Positions 20,068 through 31,004 are shown, counted from the first letter of the stretch. The stretch is 64,000 nt of DNA from an uncultured Chloroflexia bacterium (GCA_963753895.1 CAVWEE010000005.1:19036-83035), one strand, 5' to 3'. A program made the numbers and translations. Notes: generated by a model from the sequence alone, not told the origin.

Positions 20068-20727
20068 TCAGTTGTCCTTGCGCACGATGCCTTCCCGCCA
20101 GGCGAAGACGGCGGCCTGGGTGCGGTCGGAGAGGTGCAGCTTGTTGAGGATATTGCTAACGTGGCTTTTGACGGTCTTCTCGCTGATTACCAGGGCTTCG
20201 GCAATTTGGGCGTTGGACATACCGTCCGCGATGCGGCGCAGGACTTCCTGTTCGCGCTCGGTGAGGGCATTATAGGAATTGATCGCTTGATCCTGATCAC
20301 CGCGCAGTTCGGCCATCATTCGGCTGGCAACTTTGGGGTGTACGGTGGCTTCGCCGCGGGATGCGCTGCGGATGGCTTCGGCCAGTTCCTGCGGTTCAAT
20401 GTCCTTGAGCAGGTAGGACAGCGCCCCGGCCTTGATGGCGGGGAAGATGTGGGTATCTTCGTGATAGGAGGTGAGCACGATCACCTGCGAACGCGGGCTG
20501 ACGCGCCGCACGCGCCAGGTGGCTTCAACCCCGTCCATCTGGGGCATCAGCAGGTCCATGAGGACTACGTCCGGGGCCAGCTTTTCGGCCAGTTCCACGG
20601 CTTCTTTGCCGGAGGCAGCTTCGCCGACGACTTCAATGTCTTTTTGTGCCGAGAGGTAGGCAGCCACGCCGCCGCGCACGATGGCGTGGTCATCGACCAG
20701 CATGACAGTGATCTTGTTTTCACTCAT
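20068..20727 (-). CDS. NarL/LuxR-family response regulator
   Basis: Start is ATG 20727 (GAGGAG RBS) within ORF 20068..20880. REC domain (VMLVDDHAIVR ... VLMDLLMPQMDG) plus a LuxR HTH (LTEREQEVLRRIADGMSNAQIAEALVISEKTVKSHVSNIL). Intact. Confidence 0.9.
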   Translation of the reverse strand: MSENKITVMLVDDHAIVRGGVAAYLSAQKDIEVVGEAASGKEAVELAEKLAPDVVLMDLLMPQMDGVEATWRVRRVSPRSQVIVLTSYHEDTHIFPAIKAGALSYLLKDIEPQELAEAIRSASRGEATVHPKVASRMMAELRGDQDQAINSYNALTEREQEVLRRIADGMSNAQIAEALVISEKTVKSHVSNILNKLHLSDRTQAAVFAWREGIVRKDN

Positions 20728-22212
20728 TGGGGTTCTCCTCTTGAGGTCTTGAGCGGCAGGCTGAAGATGAGCCGCGTGCCGTTTTCTCGAGCTGATCATT
20801 TCCAATTGTCCGCCTTCGGCCTGGATGCGTTCCCGCATGGAGTGCAGGCCCATGCCCTTGTGTTCCTGCGTCGGTGTCAAAGCCGCGCCCGTTGTCGCTG
20901 ATCTCCATCAGCAGCTGGGTGGTGTTGAAATGCAGGATCACGCTGGCTGCTGTGGCGCTCACTGTGGCGATTGATGTTGGAAAGGCTTCCTGGGTGATAC
21001 GGAAGAGGGCTTGTTCGGTTTCTTTGGGCACGCTGCCACTGCCTTCCACCTGGAAGATGGTGGGGATATTGCTGCGTTTTTCCCAATCGCTGATGTGTTC
21101 GCGCAGGGCTTCACCAGTCCCTGGTCTTTCAAGCTGCACCGGCCGCAGGGTATGGATGAGGGTGCTCAGTTCTCCCTGCGCCTGGCGTGAAAGCTGGTTG
21201 GCGGATTCCAGCTCGCGGCGGGCCTGTTCGGGGTTTTCTTCCCATTGCAGTTTGGCTCGCGCCGAGGGTCATGGTGATGGCGAAGACCTGCTGTTTGACG
21301 CTGTCATGCAGTTCGCGCGCCAGACGGTTGCGTTCTTCCAGGGCGGCCAGATTTTGCCTGGTTTCCATCATGTTTTGCAATTCCAGTGACATGTGGTTAA
21401 GCCCATCCGCCAGTTCGCTGATCTCGTCGCCGGTATTGTCATTGACGCTGACGGAGAAATCACCCTTGCCCCCAGGCAGCGGCGGCGTCGGAAAGTCTGT
21501 TCAGACGGCGGGTGAGCCAGCGCGCCATGATCAAGCCAAAAAAGATGCCAATCACGCCTGCGATGGCAAAGAAGAATGCCAGGGTTGGGACGAAAGCTTG
21601 CAAGCCAAGCTGAATGGTTTCCTGAAAAGTGATGGGGGATAATCTGTGCAAAAATGATCCCGACCAGATCTTCATTGTTGAAAAATGGGAACAGCGACGG
21701 ATAATTTTTTGTTATCGTTGACGTGATACATTTCTGCTGCATCGGTGTCAATATCTTTTACTCTGTTGATCAGCGCTGCTTCTTCGGATGAGATGCTTGT
21801 CAGGATGGGAATATTTTCTTCAATGATTTCGGTTTGGTTGGATGCGAGAACAAAACCGGATCTGATCCAGGATGACAAGCACACTCTTGCTCATGCTGAA
21901 GGGAATGGCTACATCCATTTCTGTCTCATACAGGCGACCGCCCGGTCCTCTGATGTTCATGAGCCAGTCTTTGATGGTTTCCTGGTCGGGCGGATCCTGG
22001 GTGAGGGCTGGAATCAGTGTGTTGGCTTCTTCGCGGATCACCCGGATGGCGGCCAGGGGCAGTTCGGGCTGGTTTTGGGCAAAGGAGGCAAGCCCCATGA
22101 AGAAAATTAATTCGATCAGAAACAGGGCAGTCACAGTAACCAGGGTATAGCCCAGGGTCAGTTTCCACTGCAGGCGTTTCATGGGGGAAAAGAATTGGCG
22201 GATTTTGTTCAT
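20724..22212 (-). pseudogene. NarL-type sensor histidine kinase (TM-HAMP-HisKA_3-HATPase_c), ~7 frame breaks as sequenced
   Basis: The sequence runs through ORFs 21820..22212, 21672..21884, 21460..21675, 21129..21392 (NRLARELHDSVKQQVF) and 20720..21139 (DNGRGFD). The tail ENGTRLIFSLPLKTSRGEPQ ends in ATGA overlap with the regulator. One break lies in the C5 run at 21469..21473. Confidence 0.8.
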
Positions 22213-22584
22213 ATTTAGATTCTACCCCAGAACGCCCAGAGATTTTTCCAGCAGAAAAAGGGCCAGTACAGGCAAGAAAAGCTGCGGAATGCCGGTGTCA
22301 GCGATGCAGATATCGATATTCCAAGGATAATCGCTGTTTGTAAAGTTGCAATCGGTCTGAGGGTCGGAGATTGCGCCCAACCAGCGATGGGTTTGGGAAG
22401 AAACAGGTAATTTATTTCAGAATGTTAAAGAAACCGGCCGCCGCGTTTGTATTTTTGATGTCTTCGCTATACAATATGTTTACGATTCCAGTTGATCTTC
22501 ATTGACAGATCAGACGTGTTGGCAATTCCGATCCGCACGGATGCGTGAGAGGACTTAATTTAGTGTTTTATTCATAGAGGAAAT

Positions 22585-24186
22585 ATGAAAAAAGTTGTTG
22601 CGTGTGCGTTGGGCGAATGCGTCCATGTGGCCGGCGTGATGAATTTCCTTCGCCTGGCAGAGCAGGCCGGCTGGCGGACGGTCTTTCTGGGCCCGGCTGT
22701 GTCTGTCGGAGCGATCTTGCAGGCCGCCAGAGAAGAAAAGGCGGATCTGGTGGCGGTTTCTTACCGCCTGACGCCGGAGACCGGCGAGCGCCTGCTGGGC
22801 GAGTTTGCCGAAGCGCGGACGAACTGCGCGGGCAGGGGATGCGGTTTGCTTTTGGCGGCACACCGCCGGTGGCAGAACGCGCGGCAGCAGATGGGTTTCT
22901 TTGAGCATGTCTTTGACGGCAGCGAGACCAGTGAAGAAGTCATTGGCTTTCCTGCGCGGGAAACAGCTGGACGCCTGAATGAGACCAGTTATCCGCAGAC
23001 CACCGTCGAACGCATCACTGGAAAGCGCCTTATCCCATCCTGCGCCATCATTTTGGCTTGCCGACGATGGAGGCCACGATTGACGGGATTGCGAAGATCG
23101 CCGAAGTCGCGCCTGCTGGATGTGATCTCGCTGGGCATTGACCAGGACGCGCAGGCAAACTTTTTCCATCCCGAACGGCAGGAACCCGCGCCGAACAGGA
23201 GCGGGGGGCGTGCCGGTGCGCAGCGCGACAGGATTACCGTGCTCTGTTCCAGCCAGCCGGCGCGGAAATTATCCGCTGCTGCGCACCTATTCCGGCACCG
23301 ATGATTTCATCCGACTGGCGGAGATGTATGTCGAGACGATCAACATCGCCTGGTGCGCGATCCCCCTGTTCTGGTTCAACCAGATGGACGGGCGCGGCCC
23401 GTGGGATCTGGAAGGCTCGATCCGCGAGCACCAGAAGGTGATGGCGCTGGTATGGGGAACGCGGCATTCCGGTGGAGCTGAATGAGCCGCACCATTGGGG
23501 CATGCGCGATGCGCCGGATGTGGTCTTTGTGGTTTCGGCCTACCTCTCGGCGTACAACGCCCGCGCATTTGGCGTGCGGGACTATATTGCCCAGATGATG
23601 TTCAACAGCCCGCCCGGGCTTTCGGACGCGATGGACCTGGCCAAGATGCTGGCGGTCCTTGAGTATGATTGAGCCGTTGCGAGGACGATGATTTCCGCAT
23701 CTGGCGGCAGACCCGCACCGGGCTGCTCAGCTATCCGCTGGAGGCGAATGCGGCCCGCGCGCACCTGGCGGCCAGCGTGTATCTGCAGATGGCGTTGCGA
23801 CCGCATATCGTGCACATGGTCGGGCACACCGAAGCGCACCATGCCGCGACAGCCGAAGACATGATCGAGGCCTGCCGAATGGCGCGCCGCGCGATCGAGA
23901 ATGCGCTGAACGGCCAGCCGGATATGACGGCAGATGAACGCGTCCAGGCCCGCAAAGCGGAACTGGTGCAGGAAGCGAGGGTCACCCTGCATGCGATCGC
24001 CGACCTGGCCTCGGCAGGCACATGCAGATCCGTTGACTGACCCGGACTACCTGGCAAAGGCGGTCACACGGCATCCTGGATGCGCCGCACCTGAAGCAAT
24101 AATCCATTTGCCAGGGGCTGGTGCAATCAACACGTATGATCAATGGCGCCTGTGAGGCGGTGGATGCTGCACGGTCAGTCCGCTGA
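22585..24186 (+). pseudogene. Protein with N-terminal cobalamin(B12)-binding-like Rossmann domain plus a large C-terminal (TIM-barrel-like?) domain; heavily frameshifted
   Basis: MKKVVACALGECVHVAGVMNFLRLAEQAGWRTVFLGPAV ... ADLVAVSYRLTPE resembles B12-binding-domain proteins, but the canonical DxHxxG is not obvious. The rest (LLRTYSGTDDFIRLAEMYVETINIAWCAIPLFWFNQMDGRGPWDLEGSIREHQ ... ELNEPHHWGMRDAPD ... HIVHMVGHTEAHHAAT) is spread over at least 7 frame switches. The end coordinate is uncertain. Confidence 0.45.
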
Positions 24187-24228
24187 TCTGAGCAAATACG
24201 TATCGGTTTATATAACCTGGAGGAGTTG

Positions 24229-25350
24229 ATGATGACATATCCAACAAAATATACAGTGATCGGCGCCGGCCATGGCGGAAAGTCGATGGCCGCCCATCTG
24301 GCCTCATGGGCAAAGAGGTGACGGTGTATAACCGCACCTACGCCCATATTGAGATGATCGCCAGACCGCGGAGGGATTGAGCTGGAAAGCTATGAGGGCG
24401 GACCGCACGGCTTTGGCAGAATTGAAACTGGTCACATCAGATATGGAAGAAGCGCTGAAGGATGCGCAGGTGATCATGGTGGTGGTGCCGTCCTCGGCGC
24501 ACGCGATATTGCGCGACTGGCATGGCGCCGTATTTGAAGGATGGGCAGATCATGATCCTCAATCCCGGCCGCACCTGCGGCGCGATTGAGTTTGATATGT
24601 CGCTGGAAGAGTGCAATGTACGGCCGACGTGACCATCGCCGAGGCGGAGACCTTTATCTATGCCAGCCGCTCAGACGGCCCGGCGCAGGCGCGCATTTTC
24701 CGCACCAAGAACGCCGTGCCGCTGGCGGCCCTGCCGGCCACCCGTACAGCAGAGCGTGCTGGAAGCGATCAATGATGTATATCCCGCAATTCATTGACGG
24801 GGTCAATGTGCTGCAACACCGGCCTGAACAATATGGGCGCAATCTTCCATCCGGCGCTGACCATCCTCAATGCCGGACGGATTGAGTCCACGCAGGGCGA
24901 TTTTCAGTTCTATATCGACGGGGTGACACCATCGGTGGCGCCGTTTTGGAAGCGCTTGACCGCGAACGGGTGACGGTGGCTGCCAGCATCGGCATCCGCG
25001 CCCGCACGGCCATGGAATGGCTGAGATGGCATACAATGTGACCGGGGACGAACTTGCACGAAGCGATCCACAACCAGAGCCGGATATTATGGGATCAAAG
25101 CGCCCAGCACGCTCAACCACCGCTATATCTTTGAGGATGTCCCGATGAGCCTGGTGCCGATCGCGGCGATGGGGCAGCGGTACGGGGTCATCGGTGCGCG
25201 GCGATGGACAGCATGATCCGCCTGGCCTGCATCATCCACCAGACCGATTACTGGCGCCGCGGGCGCACGCTGGACAAGCTGGGCATTGATGATTTCTCGA
25301 GCATCGAGATGCTGCGCTATGTGAACGAAGGGATCAAGCCGGAGTATTAG
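24229..25350 (+). pseudogene. NAD/NADP octopine/nopaline (opine) dehydrogenase-family protein, at least 10 frame breaks
   Basis: KYTVIGAGHGGKSMAAHLA ... VIMVVVPSSAH ... IMILNPGRTCGAIEF ... NNMGAIFHPALTILNAGRIESTQGDFQFYIDGVTPSV ... HRYIFEDVPMSLVPIAAMGQ can be read only by repeatedly changing frame. GGAGG RBS before the ATG at 24229. Confidence 0.65.
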
Positions 25351-25388
25351 GGTTTGCTTTTCTTTGTGGCCTTCGCTAAAATCATTTC

Positions 25389-26391
25389 ATGAATACGATG
25401 CCTGTCATCCAGCCCAATGACGTGGGCCTGATCCTGTCATACCAATGCAACAGCAACTGCGCGCATTGCATCTATAACTGCGGGCCGCGCTGGAAGGATT
25501 GGGCCGGCGAGGAGACGGTGCGCCAGGCACTGGAGGCAATGCAGGTCTGGCAGCCGGATGTGCAGGTGCATATCACCGGCGGGGAGCCTTTCCTGCGTTT
25601 TCCGCTTGCTGCTGTATGCGGTGGAGACGGCCCGCGAGCTGGGGATTGCCGTGTATCTGGAAACCAATGCGGGCTGGGCGGTGCGCGAAGACCTGGTGGA
25701 CGATCAACTGCGCCAGCTTCGTCAGGCCGGGCTGGCGGCGGTGTTGATCTCCTGCTCGCCGTTCCATGCGGAAAGCATTCCCCCTGAGCGCACGATGCGT
25801 CTGATCAGCAAGGCGATCGAAGTCTTTGGCATGCAGCGGGTGATCGTGTATCAGTCGCAGTGGCTGGAGCAAATGCGCCAGTTCGGGGATGACCTTCCCA
25901 CGCCCTTGGAACGGTACACGGAGGAATTTGGGGCCGAGGCGGCAGGGCGCATGTTCTGGCAGGGGTATGGCTTGATGGGCGGCGGACGCTCCGGTTATCG
26001 TTTGGGGCATCTCGTGCCGGGGAAAGCGCCTGAGGCATTTCGGCTCGAAAGCTGCCGCTGGGAAATCCTGCACGGCCGCCATTCCCACATGGACCTGTAC
26101 GGCAATTTCATCCCTGCTTTTTGCGGCGGGCTGAGCCTGGGGGACTGGCACGATCTGCCGGGATTGATCGCGTCTTATCAGGCCGGTGAGGCTCCGCCTT
26201 TGCTGACGCGCCTGATCGAGGGCGGTTCGTATGGGCTGTTCACCTGGGCGCGGGAAGAATATGGCTATCAGCCGCTCCCGCAGGGCTACGTGGACAAATG
26301 CCACCTGTGCGTGGATGTGCGGCGGCATTTATATACGATTGGCGGCTTTGAAGAATTGCAGCCGGAAGGGTTTTATTCTGATCCGGTTTGA
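25389..26391 (+). pseudogene. Radical SAM domain protein, one frame break as sequenced
   Basis: CNSNCAHC (CxxxCxxC) is at residues 20-27 of ORF 25389..25787. The sequence continues in ORF 25558..26391 after a break near 25600. There is a C-terminal CHLC motif. Subfamily not recognised. Confidence 0.75.
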
Positions 26392-26948
26392 TGGATAATG
26401 GAAGTATGAGAAGAAACTGGATTGTCTTTTGGATCGTTTGCGGCGTTTTCCTCGCAGGCTGTACAGCGGGGTCGGCGCTTGAAGAGGAGGATTTTATGAC
26501 ACTGGAAATCACCAGCCCGGCATTTGCGCATGAGCAGGGCATCCCTGAATTGTATACCTGCAAGGGGAAGAATATTTCCCCGCCTTTGCAGTGGTCGCAG
26601 CCGCCAGCGGGAACGCAGAGTTTTGTGCTGATCATGGACGATCCCGATGCGCCGATTGGCACCTGGGATCACTGGCTGGTTTTCAACCTGCCCGCTGAAA
26701 CGCGCGAGCTGGCGGAAGCGGTGTCCAGCCTGCCGTCAGGCGCGCAGCCCGGACGCAACAGCTGGCAGCGAAATGATTATGGCGGGCCCTGCCCTCCCGG
26801 CGGCGCACGGCACCGTTATTTCTTTAAGTTGTATGCGCTGGACACGCGCCTGGATTTGCCGGATGGAGCGCGCAAGGCGAAGCTGGAGAAGGCGATGGAG
26901 GGGCATATCCTCGCGCAGGCGGAGTTGATCGGGATTTATAAGCCGTAG
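26388..26948 (+). CDS. YbhB/YbcL-family PEBP (Raf-kinase-inhibitor-like) lipoprotein
   Basis: Intact ORF overlapping the radical-SAM stop. The probable start is ATG 26406, giving MRRNWIVFWIVCGVFLAGC (lipobox). PEBP motifs DDPDAP..GTWDHW and GPCPPGGARHRYFFKLYALD. Confidence 0.85.
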   Translation: MMDNGSMRRNWIVFWIVCGVFLAGCTAGSALEEEDFMTLEITSPAFAHEQGIPELYTCKGKNISPPLQWSQPPAGTQSFVLIMDDPDAPIGTWDHWLVFNLPAETRELAEAVSSLPSGAQPGRNSWQRNDYGGPCPPGGARHRYFFKLYALDTRLDLPDGARKAKLEKAMEGHILAQAELIGIYKP

Positions 26949-26997
26949 AGAAAGGTTGTGCAGGGGCGACGCATGCTTCGCCCCTACGATATCGCTT

Positions 26998-29001
26998 TTA
27001 CTCACATCCCCGCAGATCGTATAACCTGCGAAAGCGCGGCTCGCGCTTGGCGGTGTTTTCATCTATCAGGAGCACACACTCATCTTGCAGTGATTCCTGC
27101 ACTGCCTGCGGGAGTCCATCCCAGTACAGTTCATCGACATACAGATAGTCATAGCCCGCCGCGACGAGGCCGTCGAGCCAGGGTTCTTTTTGCAGGGCGC
27201 GCCACTCGGGTTTGACTTCATACCAGGTGGCGTAGGAGTCGCTGACGCGGGCAAAGAGGGTTGGCGAGCGCGAGGGCAGGGGGTCGAAGACCATGCTGCC
27301 TTCTTCCAGTTTATCCCAGTGGTTTTCCATCATCTTCACGTCCAGCGGGTCGATGAAGTAGCTGAGTACCGGCTGCTGGATGGCGAAGAACTCGGTGGTC
27401 AGATAGACCAGCCCGCTGACCAGGAGCAGCGCGCCCGCCGTCCCGGCCGCCAGTTTCGCGCCGTCTTTGCGATGGCGTGCCCAGTTCCAGGCCAGGGGGA
27501 CGAAGAAGAGCATTGACAGGTCGGCAAAGGTGTACAGGCGCACGGTGTTGCGCACGCCGGTTGAGCCGGTGAAGTTGACGAAGAGCATGGCAAGGGAGAT
27601 GACGCCGGACAGCACCAGGGCGGCTTCGTACCAGCGTTCGGCGCGCCAGGCTTTCCAGCCCCAGATCACCAGCAGGGGGAGGATGAGGATGGACGGGCCG
27701 ATCTCCAGCAGGGCGGTGAGCAGCTGCCAGGGGTTGAACAGGGACAGTTCGCCCAGTTGGGTGGAGATGATCTCCGGCGGCCAGGCGAGGGCAAAGCCGA
27801 GGGTTTGATAGGATGTGCTTTGTGCGCCGGTGAAGAGGGCGCTGATCTTGCTGGCGAGGGTGTCGGTGAGCGCGCCGCCCTGCAGCAGGGCAAAGACTGT
27901 GCCGATGGCTGCCGCCAGCAGCCAGGATTTGAATTCGGGCGGGAATTTGAGACTGCGCTGGCGGATGGCGGTGAGTACGGTCAGCAGGCCCCAGGCGGCG
28001 GTCATCAAGACCAGGAAGGTCTCGGACATCAGGCCGGTGGCGCCGATCAGGAAGATGGTGACGACCAGCGCCCATTTATTGCGCCAGCGGTTGAAGGTCA
28101 ACAGCAGGAGGAAGATCACGGCGGAGTTGATCGTGCTGTTGCTGGCAAACATGCTCATGGCACTGTTGCCGATCAGGCCGTTGCCAAAGGCAAAGGAGAA
28201 GGGACGCGGGCCGCCGCCTTCGAGCGCCCAGTTGTTCATCAAGGCTTCGGCCAGGGTCGGGGCGGTGTTGGCGCCCGATCCGATCAGGGTGATGTGCGCT
28301 GACAGGCGGGCGAGGATGCCCGGCGGGATGAGCAGGAGCAGCCAGCGCGTGCCGGAGCCGAGGGCAGTGACCAGGCCGGTCAGGGCGCCGGCCACCTTGC
28401 TGCGGGTCATGCGGTAGCCCCATAGGCCGGCGGCGGTGATCGTCAGGGCATACACCAGGGCGCGCGCCAGGTCAAAAGCGGTCCACACATACAGGCCGCT
28501 GATGCGGATCACCTGGGCGGTGAAGAGCATCACGAAATAGTGGTAGGAGTAGGTAACATTGGGTGCGAGGCTGTAAATGGGGGGGATGTTTCCGGCGGCG
28601 ATCATCGATACGGTTGGAATATTGGCAAAATCGTCGTAGATGGCAAAGCCGCGGGAGATGAGGAAGCTAACCCCGAACAGGAGCAGGAAGACGGCCATTT
28701 GCACCGGGCGGACCTTGATCTGGAGCAGGCTTTTCCAGCCGTTTTTCAGGTTGAGCAGCAGCCCGGCGGCAAAGACCAGCACGGCGCACAGCCAGAAAGC
28801 CAGCGTCATGGGCATCACCCGGCCGATAAAGTTGGCGAGGATGGTTTCGATGATCAGCCCAATGAGGATGCCGAGAATGACTTCCTCGCGGGGTTCCAGG
28901 CGGAAGGCGCGGCGCACGATCCAGATGCCGCCCAGGCTCCACAGGCCGAGCCAGATTAGCAGATAGAGTGCGTATTCAGGGTTGGCAGAGAGTGAAAACA
29001 T
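26998..29001 (-). CDS. Large polytopic membrane protein with soluble C-terminal domain (GT-C/ArnT-like glycosyltransferase possible), unknown function
   Basis: ORF 26998..29079; the likely start is ATG 29001 (MFSLSANPEY). At least 14 hydrophobic segments followed by a ~130-aa hydrophilic tail. The family call is tentative. Confidence 0.5.
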   Translation of the reverse strand: MFSLSANPEYALYLLIWLGLWSLGGIWIVRRAFRLEPREEVILGILIGLIIETILANFIGRVMPMTLAFWLCAVLVFAAGLLLNLKNGWKSLLQIKVRPVQMAVFLLLFGVSFLISRGFAIYDDFANIPTVSMIAAGNIPPIYSLAPNVTYSYHYFVMLFTAQVIRISGLYVWTAFDLARALVYALTITAAGLWGYRMTRSKVAGALTGLVTALGSGTRWLLLLIPPGILARLSAHITLIGSGANTAPTLAEALMNNWALEGGGPRPFSFAFGNGLIGNSAMSMFASNSTINSAVIFLLLLTFNRWRNKWALVVTIFLIGATGLMSETFLVLMTAAWGLLTVLTAIRQRSLKFPPEFKSWLLAAAIGTVFALLQGGALTDTLASKISALFTGAQSTSYQTLGFALAWPPEIISTQLGELSLFNPWQLLTALLEIGPSILILPLLVIWGWKAWRAERWYEAALVLSGVISLAMLFVNFTGSTGVRNTVRLYTFADLSMLFFVPLAWNWARHRKDGAKLAAGTAGALLLVSGLVYLTTEFFAIQQPVLSYFIDPLDVKMMENHWDKLEEGSMVFDPLPSRSPTLFARVSDSYATWYEVKPEWRALQKEPWLDGLVAAGYDYLYVDELYWDGLPQAVQESLQDECVLLIDENTAKREPRFRRLYDLRGCE

Positions 29002-29155
29002 AGGGCGCTCCCACAAGATAGACTGATTTTGTGAAACTATACCATAAGAGGGATGGATTGATGAGTGAAATAGGATCAAAAAAATCTGTGCTTTGATGTA
29101 TAATTAAGATAATAATGGTGTGAATTATAGCGAGTGTTTTAGGCAGGAGGCTGCT

Positions 29156-29998
29156 ATGGCTATTTTGCGACAGGTTGTCAGAAAGATCATTCCGCAGTGG
29201 GTTTCAGAAGGTGCGGGGGTGCGTTTGCGGCGCAGCATTGCCACGCCCACATTGGATTATCTTGACCCTTTTTTGCTGTTTGATCATTTTGGGTCTGAAG
29301 ACCCCCAGGATTATCTGGCCGGATTTCCGATGCACCCGCATCGCGGGATCGAAACGGTTACTTATATGCTGGCGGGAAAAGTCAGTCATCAGGACAGCAT
29401 GGGCAATCAGGGCACGATTCAGGCTGGGGATGTGCAGTGGATGACGGCTGGCGGGGGGATCATGCATGAAGAAATGCCTGGCTCTGAGGAGGGCCGCATG
29501 GAGGGTTTTCAGCTATGGGTGAACCTGCCTGCCAGCCACAAGATGATGCCGCCCCGGTATCAGGAGATCAGGGCTGAGGATATTCCTCTGGTCGAGCGGC
29601 CGGATGGCACCCGCATCCGCGTGATTGCCGGGGAGGTGGACGGTGTGCGCGGACCGGTGACTGAGGTGCTGGCCGATCCGACCTACCTGGATGTGACGGT
29701 GCCGCTGGGCGTGACTGCCAGGTTTTCCATCCCGACAGGGCATACCGCCTTTGTGTATGTCTTCAGCGGGGCGGGGCGGATAGGCGGGCAGGATGTTGAT
29801 GAGTCTCCTCAACTGCTTGTGCTGGGAGAAGGCGATCTGATGGAAGCCACCGGGTTGTATACGGCGCTGCGGTTTCTACTGGTGATGGGGCATCCCCTGG
29901 GTGAGCCGATTGCCCGCTATGGTCCGTTTGTGATGAACACCCAGGAAGAGATCCGCCAGGCATTGCAGGACCTGCGCAACGGCACTTTTGTGCAATAG
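29156..29998 (+). CDS. Pirin-family protein
   Basis: ORF 29120..29998; start likely ATG 29156. Pirin motifs FPMHPHRGIETVTYMLAG and GDVQWMTAGGGIMHEE. Confidence 0.9.
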   Translation: MAILRQVVRKIIPQWVSEGAGVRLRRSIATPTLDYLDPFLLFDHFGSEDPQDYLAGFPMHPHRGIETVTYMLAGKVSHQDSMGNQGTIQAGDVQWMTAGGGIMHEEMPGSEEGRMEGFQLWVNLPASHKMMPPRYQEIRAEDIPLVERPDGTRIRVIAGEVDGVRGPVTEVLADPTYLDVTVPLGVTARFSIPTGHTAFVYVFSGAGRIGGQDVDESPQLLVLGEGDLMEATGLYTALRFLLVMGHPLGEPIARYGPFVMNTQEEIRQALQDLRNGTFVQ

Positions 29999-30072
29999 AA
30001 AAGGCGTCCCCAATTCATTTATGTCGAATTGGGGACGTGTTGTTTGAATGGCATGTTGTTGTCTTGTGAAGT

Positions 30073-30930
30073 TTACGTCCAGGATTCCCGATAGTCTTCA
30101 ATATATTGGCGCAGGGTGATGGGGTCACGGCCGGTGAGTTGTTTGAACCCATCGGTCACCTTGTTTGCCATGCCAAAGCGGGTGGAGGTGTACAGCCCGG
30201 CCATCACCAGGGCGAATTCACGATTGACGCCTTTTTTGGTTTGCGTGCGAATGAAGCGCAGCAGCGAAGGGCTGCGGTAGCGGATATCCCGCCCCAGCAC
30301 TTTGCTGAAGAGGGCGGTTACCTGGTTGTAGTCCAGGGCTTCCGGGCCGGTCAGCTCGTAGGCTTTGTTCTCATGGCCTGCTTCGGTCAGGGCAAGAGCG
30401 GCCACTGCGGCGATGTCGCGCACGTCGATGAAGCTGGTCTTGCCTTTGCCAACTGGCACAGCAATCTCGTTGTCATCTTTGATCTCGCTGCGGTGGGTGG
30501 TGTTCAGGTTCTGCATGAAGAAGCTGGGCCGCAGGAAGGTCCAGGCGACATCACATTGCAGCAGGTACTGCTCGACCTTGTAATGGGGGACGATCTTGTT
30601 CTTCTCGATCCCGATCAGGGAGAGGAAGACGATGTGTTTGACCCCGGAGGCAATGGCGGCGTCAATTGCGGGGAAAAGATACTGCTGGACGTCCGAGATG
30701 GCCGGGGGACGCATCAGGAACATCTTCTCGATGCCCGCCAGGGCGGGGGCGAAACTTTCCGGCTTGAAGAAATCAAATTCCACGGCTTCAACTGAGTCAC
30801 CGAACATGGCTTCTGCCCGTTCAACTTCAAATTCTGCGGCGCGTACTTCGTGCCCTTTTGCGAGCAATTCCTTGACGATGGCGCTGCCAACATTTCCGGT
30901 TGCACCTGTTACCATTATTTTTGCTGCCAT
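30073..30930 (-). CDS. NmrA-family / atypical SDR NAD(P)-binding protein
   Basis: Intact 285-aa ORF with the VTGATGNVGS Rossmann motif. Divergent from the TetR gene. Confidence 0.85.
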   Translation of the reverse strand: MAAKIMVTGATGNVGSAIVKELLAKGHEVRAAEFEVERAEAMFGDSVEAVEFDFFKPESFAPALAGIEKMFLMRPPAISDVQQYLFPAIDAAIASGVKHIVFLSLIGIEKNKIVPHYKVEQYLLQCDVAWTFLRPSFFMQNLNTTHRSEIKDDNEIAVPVGKGKTSFIDVRDIAAVAALALTEAGHENKAYELTGPEALDYNQVTALFSKVLGRDIRYRSPSLLRFIRTQTKKGVNREFALVMAGLYTSTRFGMANKVTDGFKQLTGRDPITLRQYIEDYRESWT

Positions 30931-30960
30931 TTTGTTCTCACCTCTAAAATCAGATAGAAT

Positions 30961-31004
30961 TTGTCAAATTTCCTCTTGACAATATATAGACCAGTCGTTA
31001 TAAT
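30961..31004 (+). promoter_or_regulatory. Consensus sigma-70-type promoter plus inverted repeat (candidate TetR operator)
   Basis: TTGACA (30976..30981), 17 nt, TATAAT (30999..31004). The inverted repeat TTGTCAA-n8-TTGACAA (30961..30982) overlaps the -35. It lies 24 nt before ATG 31028. Confidence 0.6.

Noticed and set aside
19993-20901. 302-aa plus-strand ORF starting in the repeat region.
   Set aside because: It runs antisense to the intact NarL-type response regulator and the kinase tail. Its translation is featureless, and its 5' end is simply repeat unit 2.
22213-22584. Possible cobalamin riboswitch upstream of the B12-binding-domain gene (GGGAAGAAACAGGTAA... and ...GCCGCCGCGTTTGTA vaguely resemble the GGGAA..GGTG..CCCGC..CTGT core).
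   Set aside because: The diagnostic elements are absent: no GCCACTG, no GGGAAGG and no B12 box (AGCCnGGAGACCnGCC-like). The resemblance is too weak to call without a covariance-model scan.
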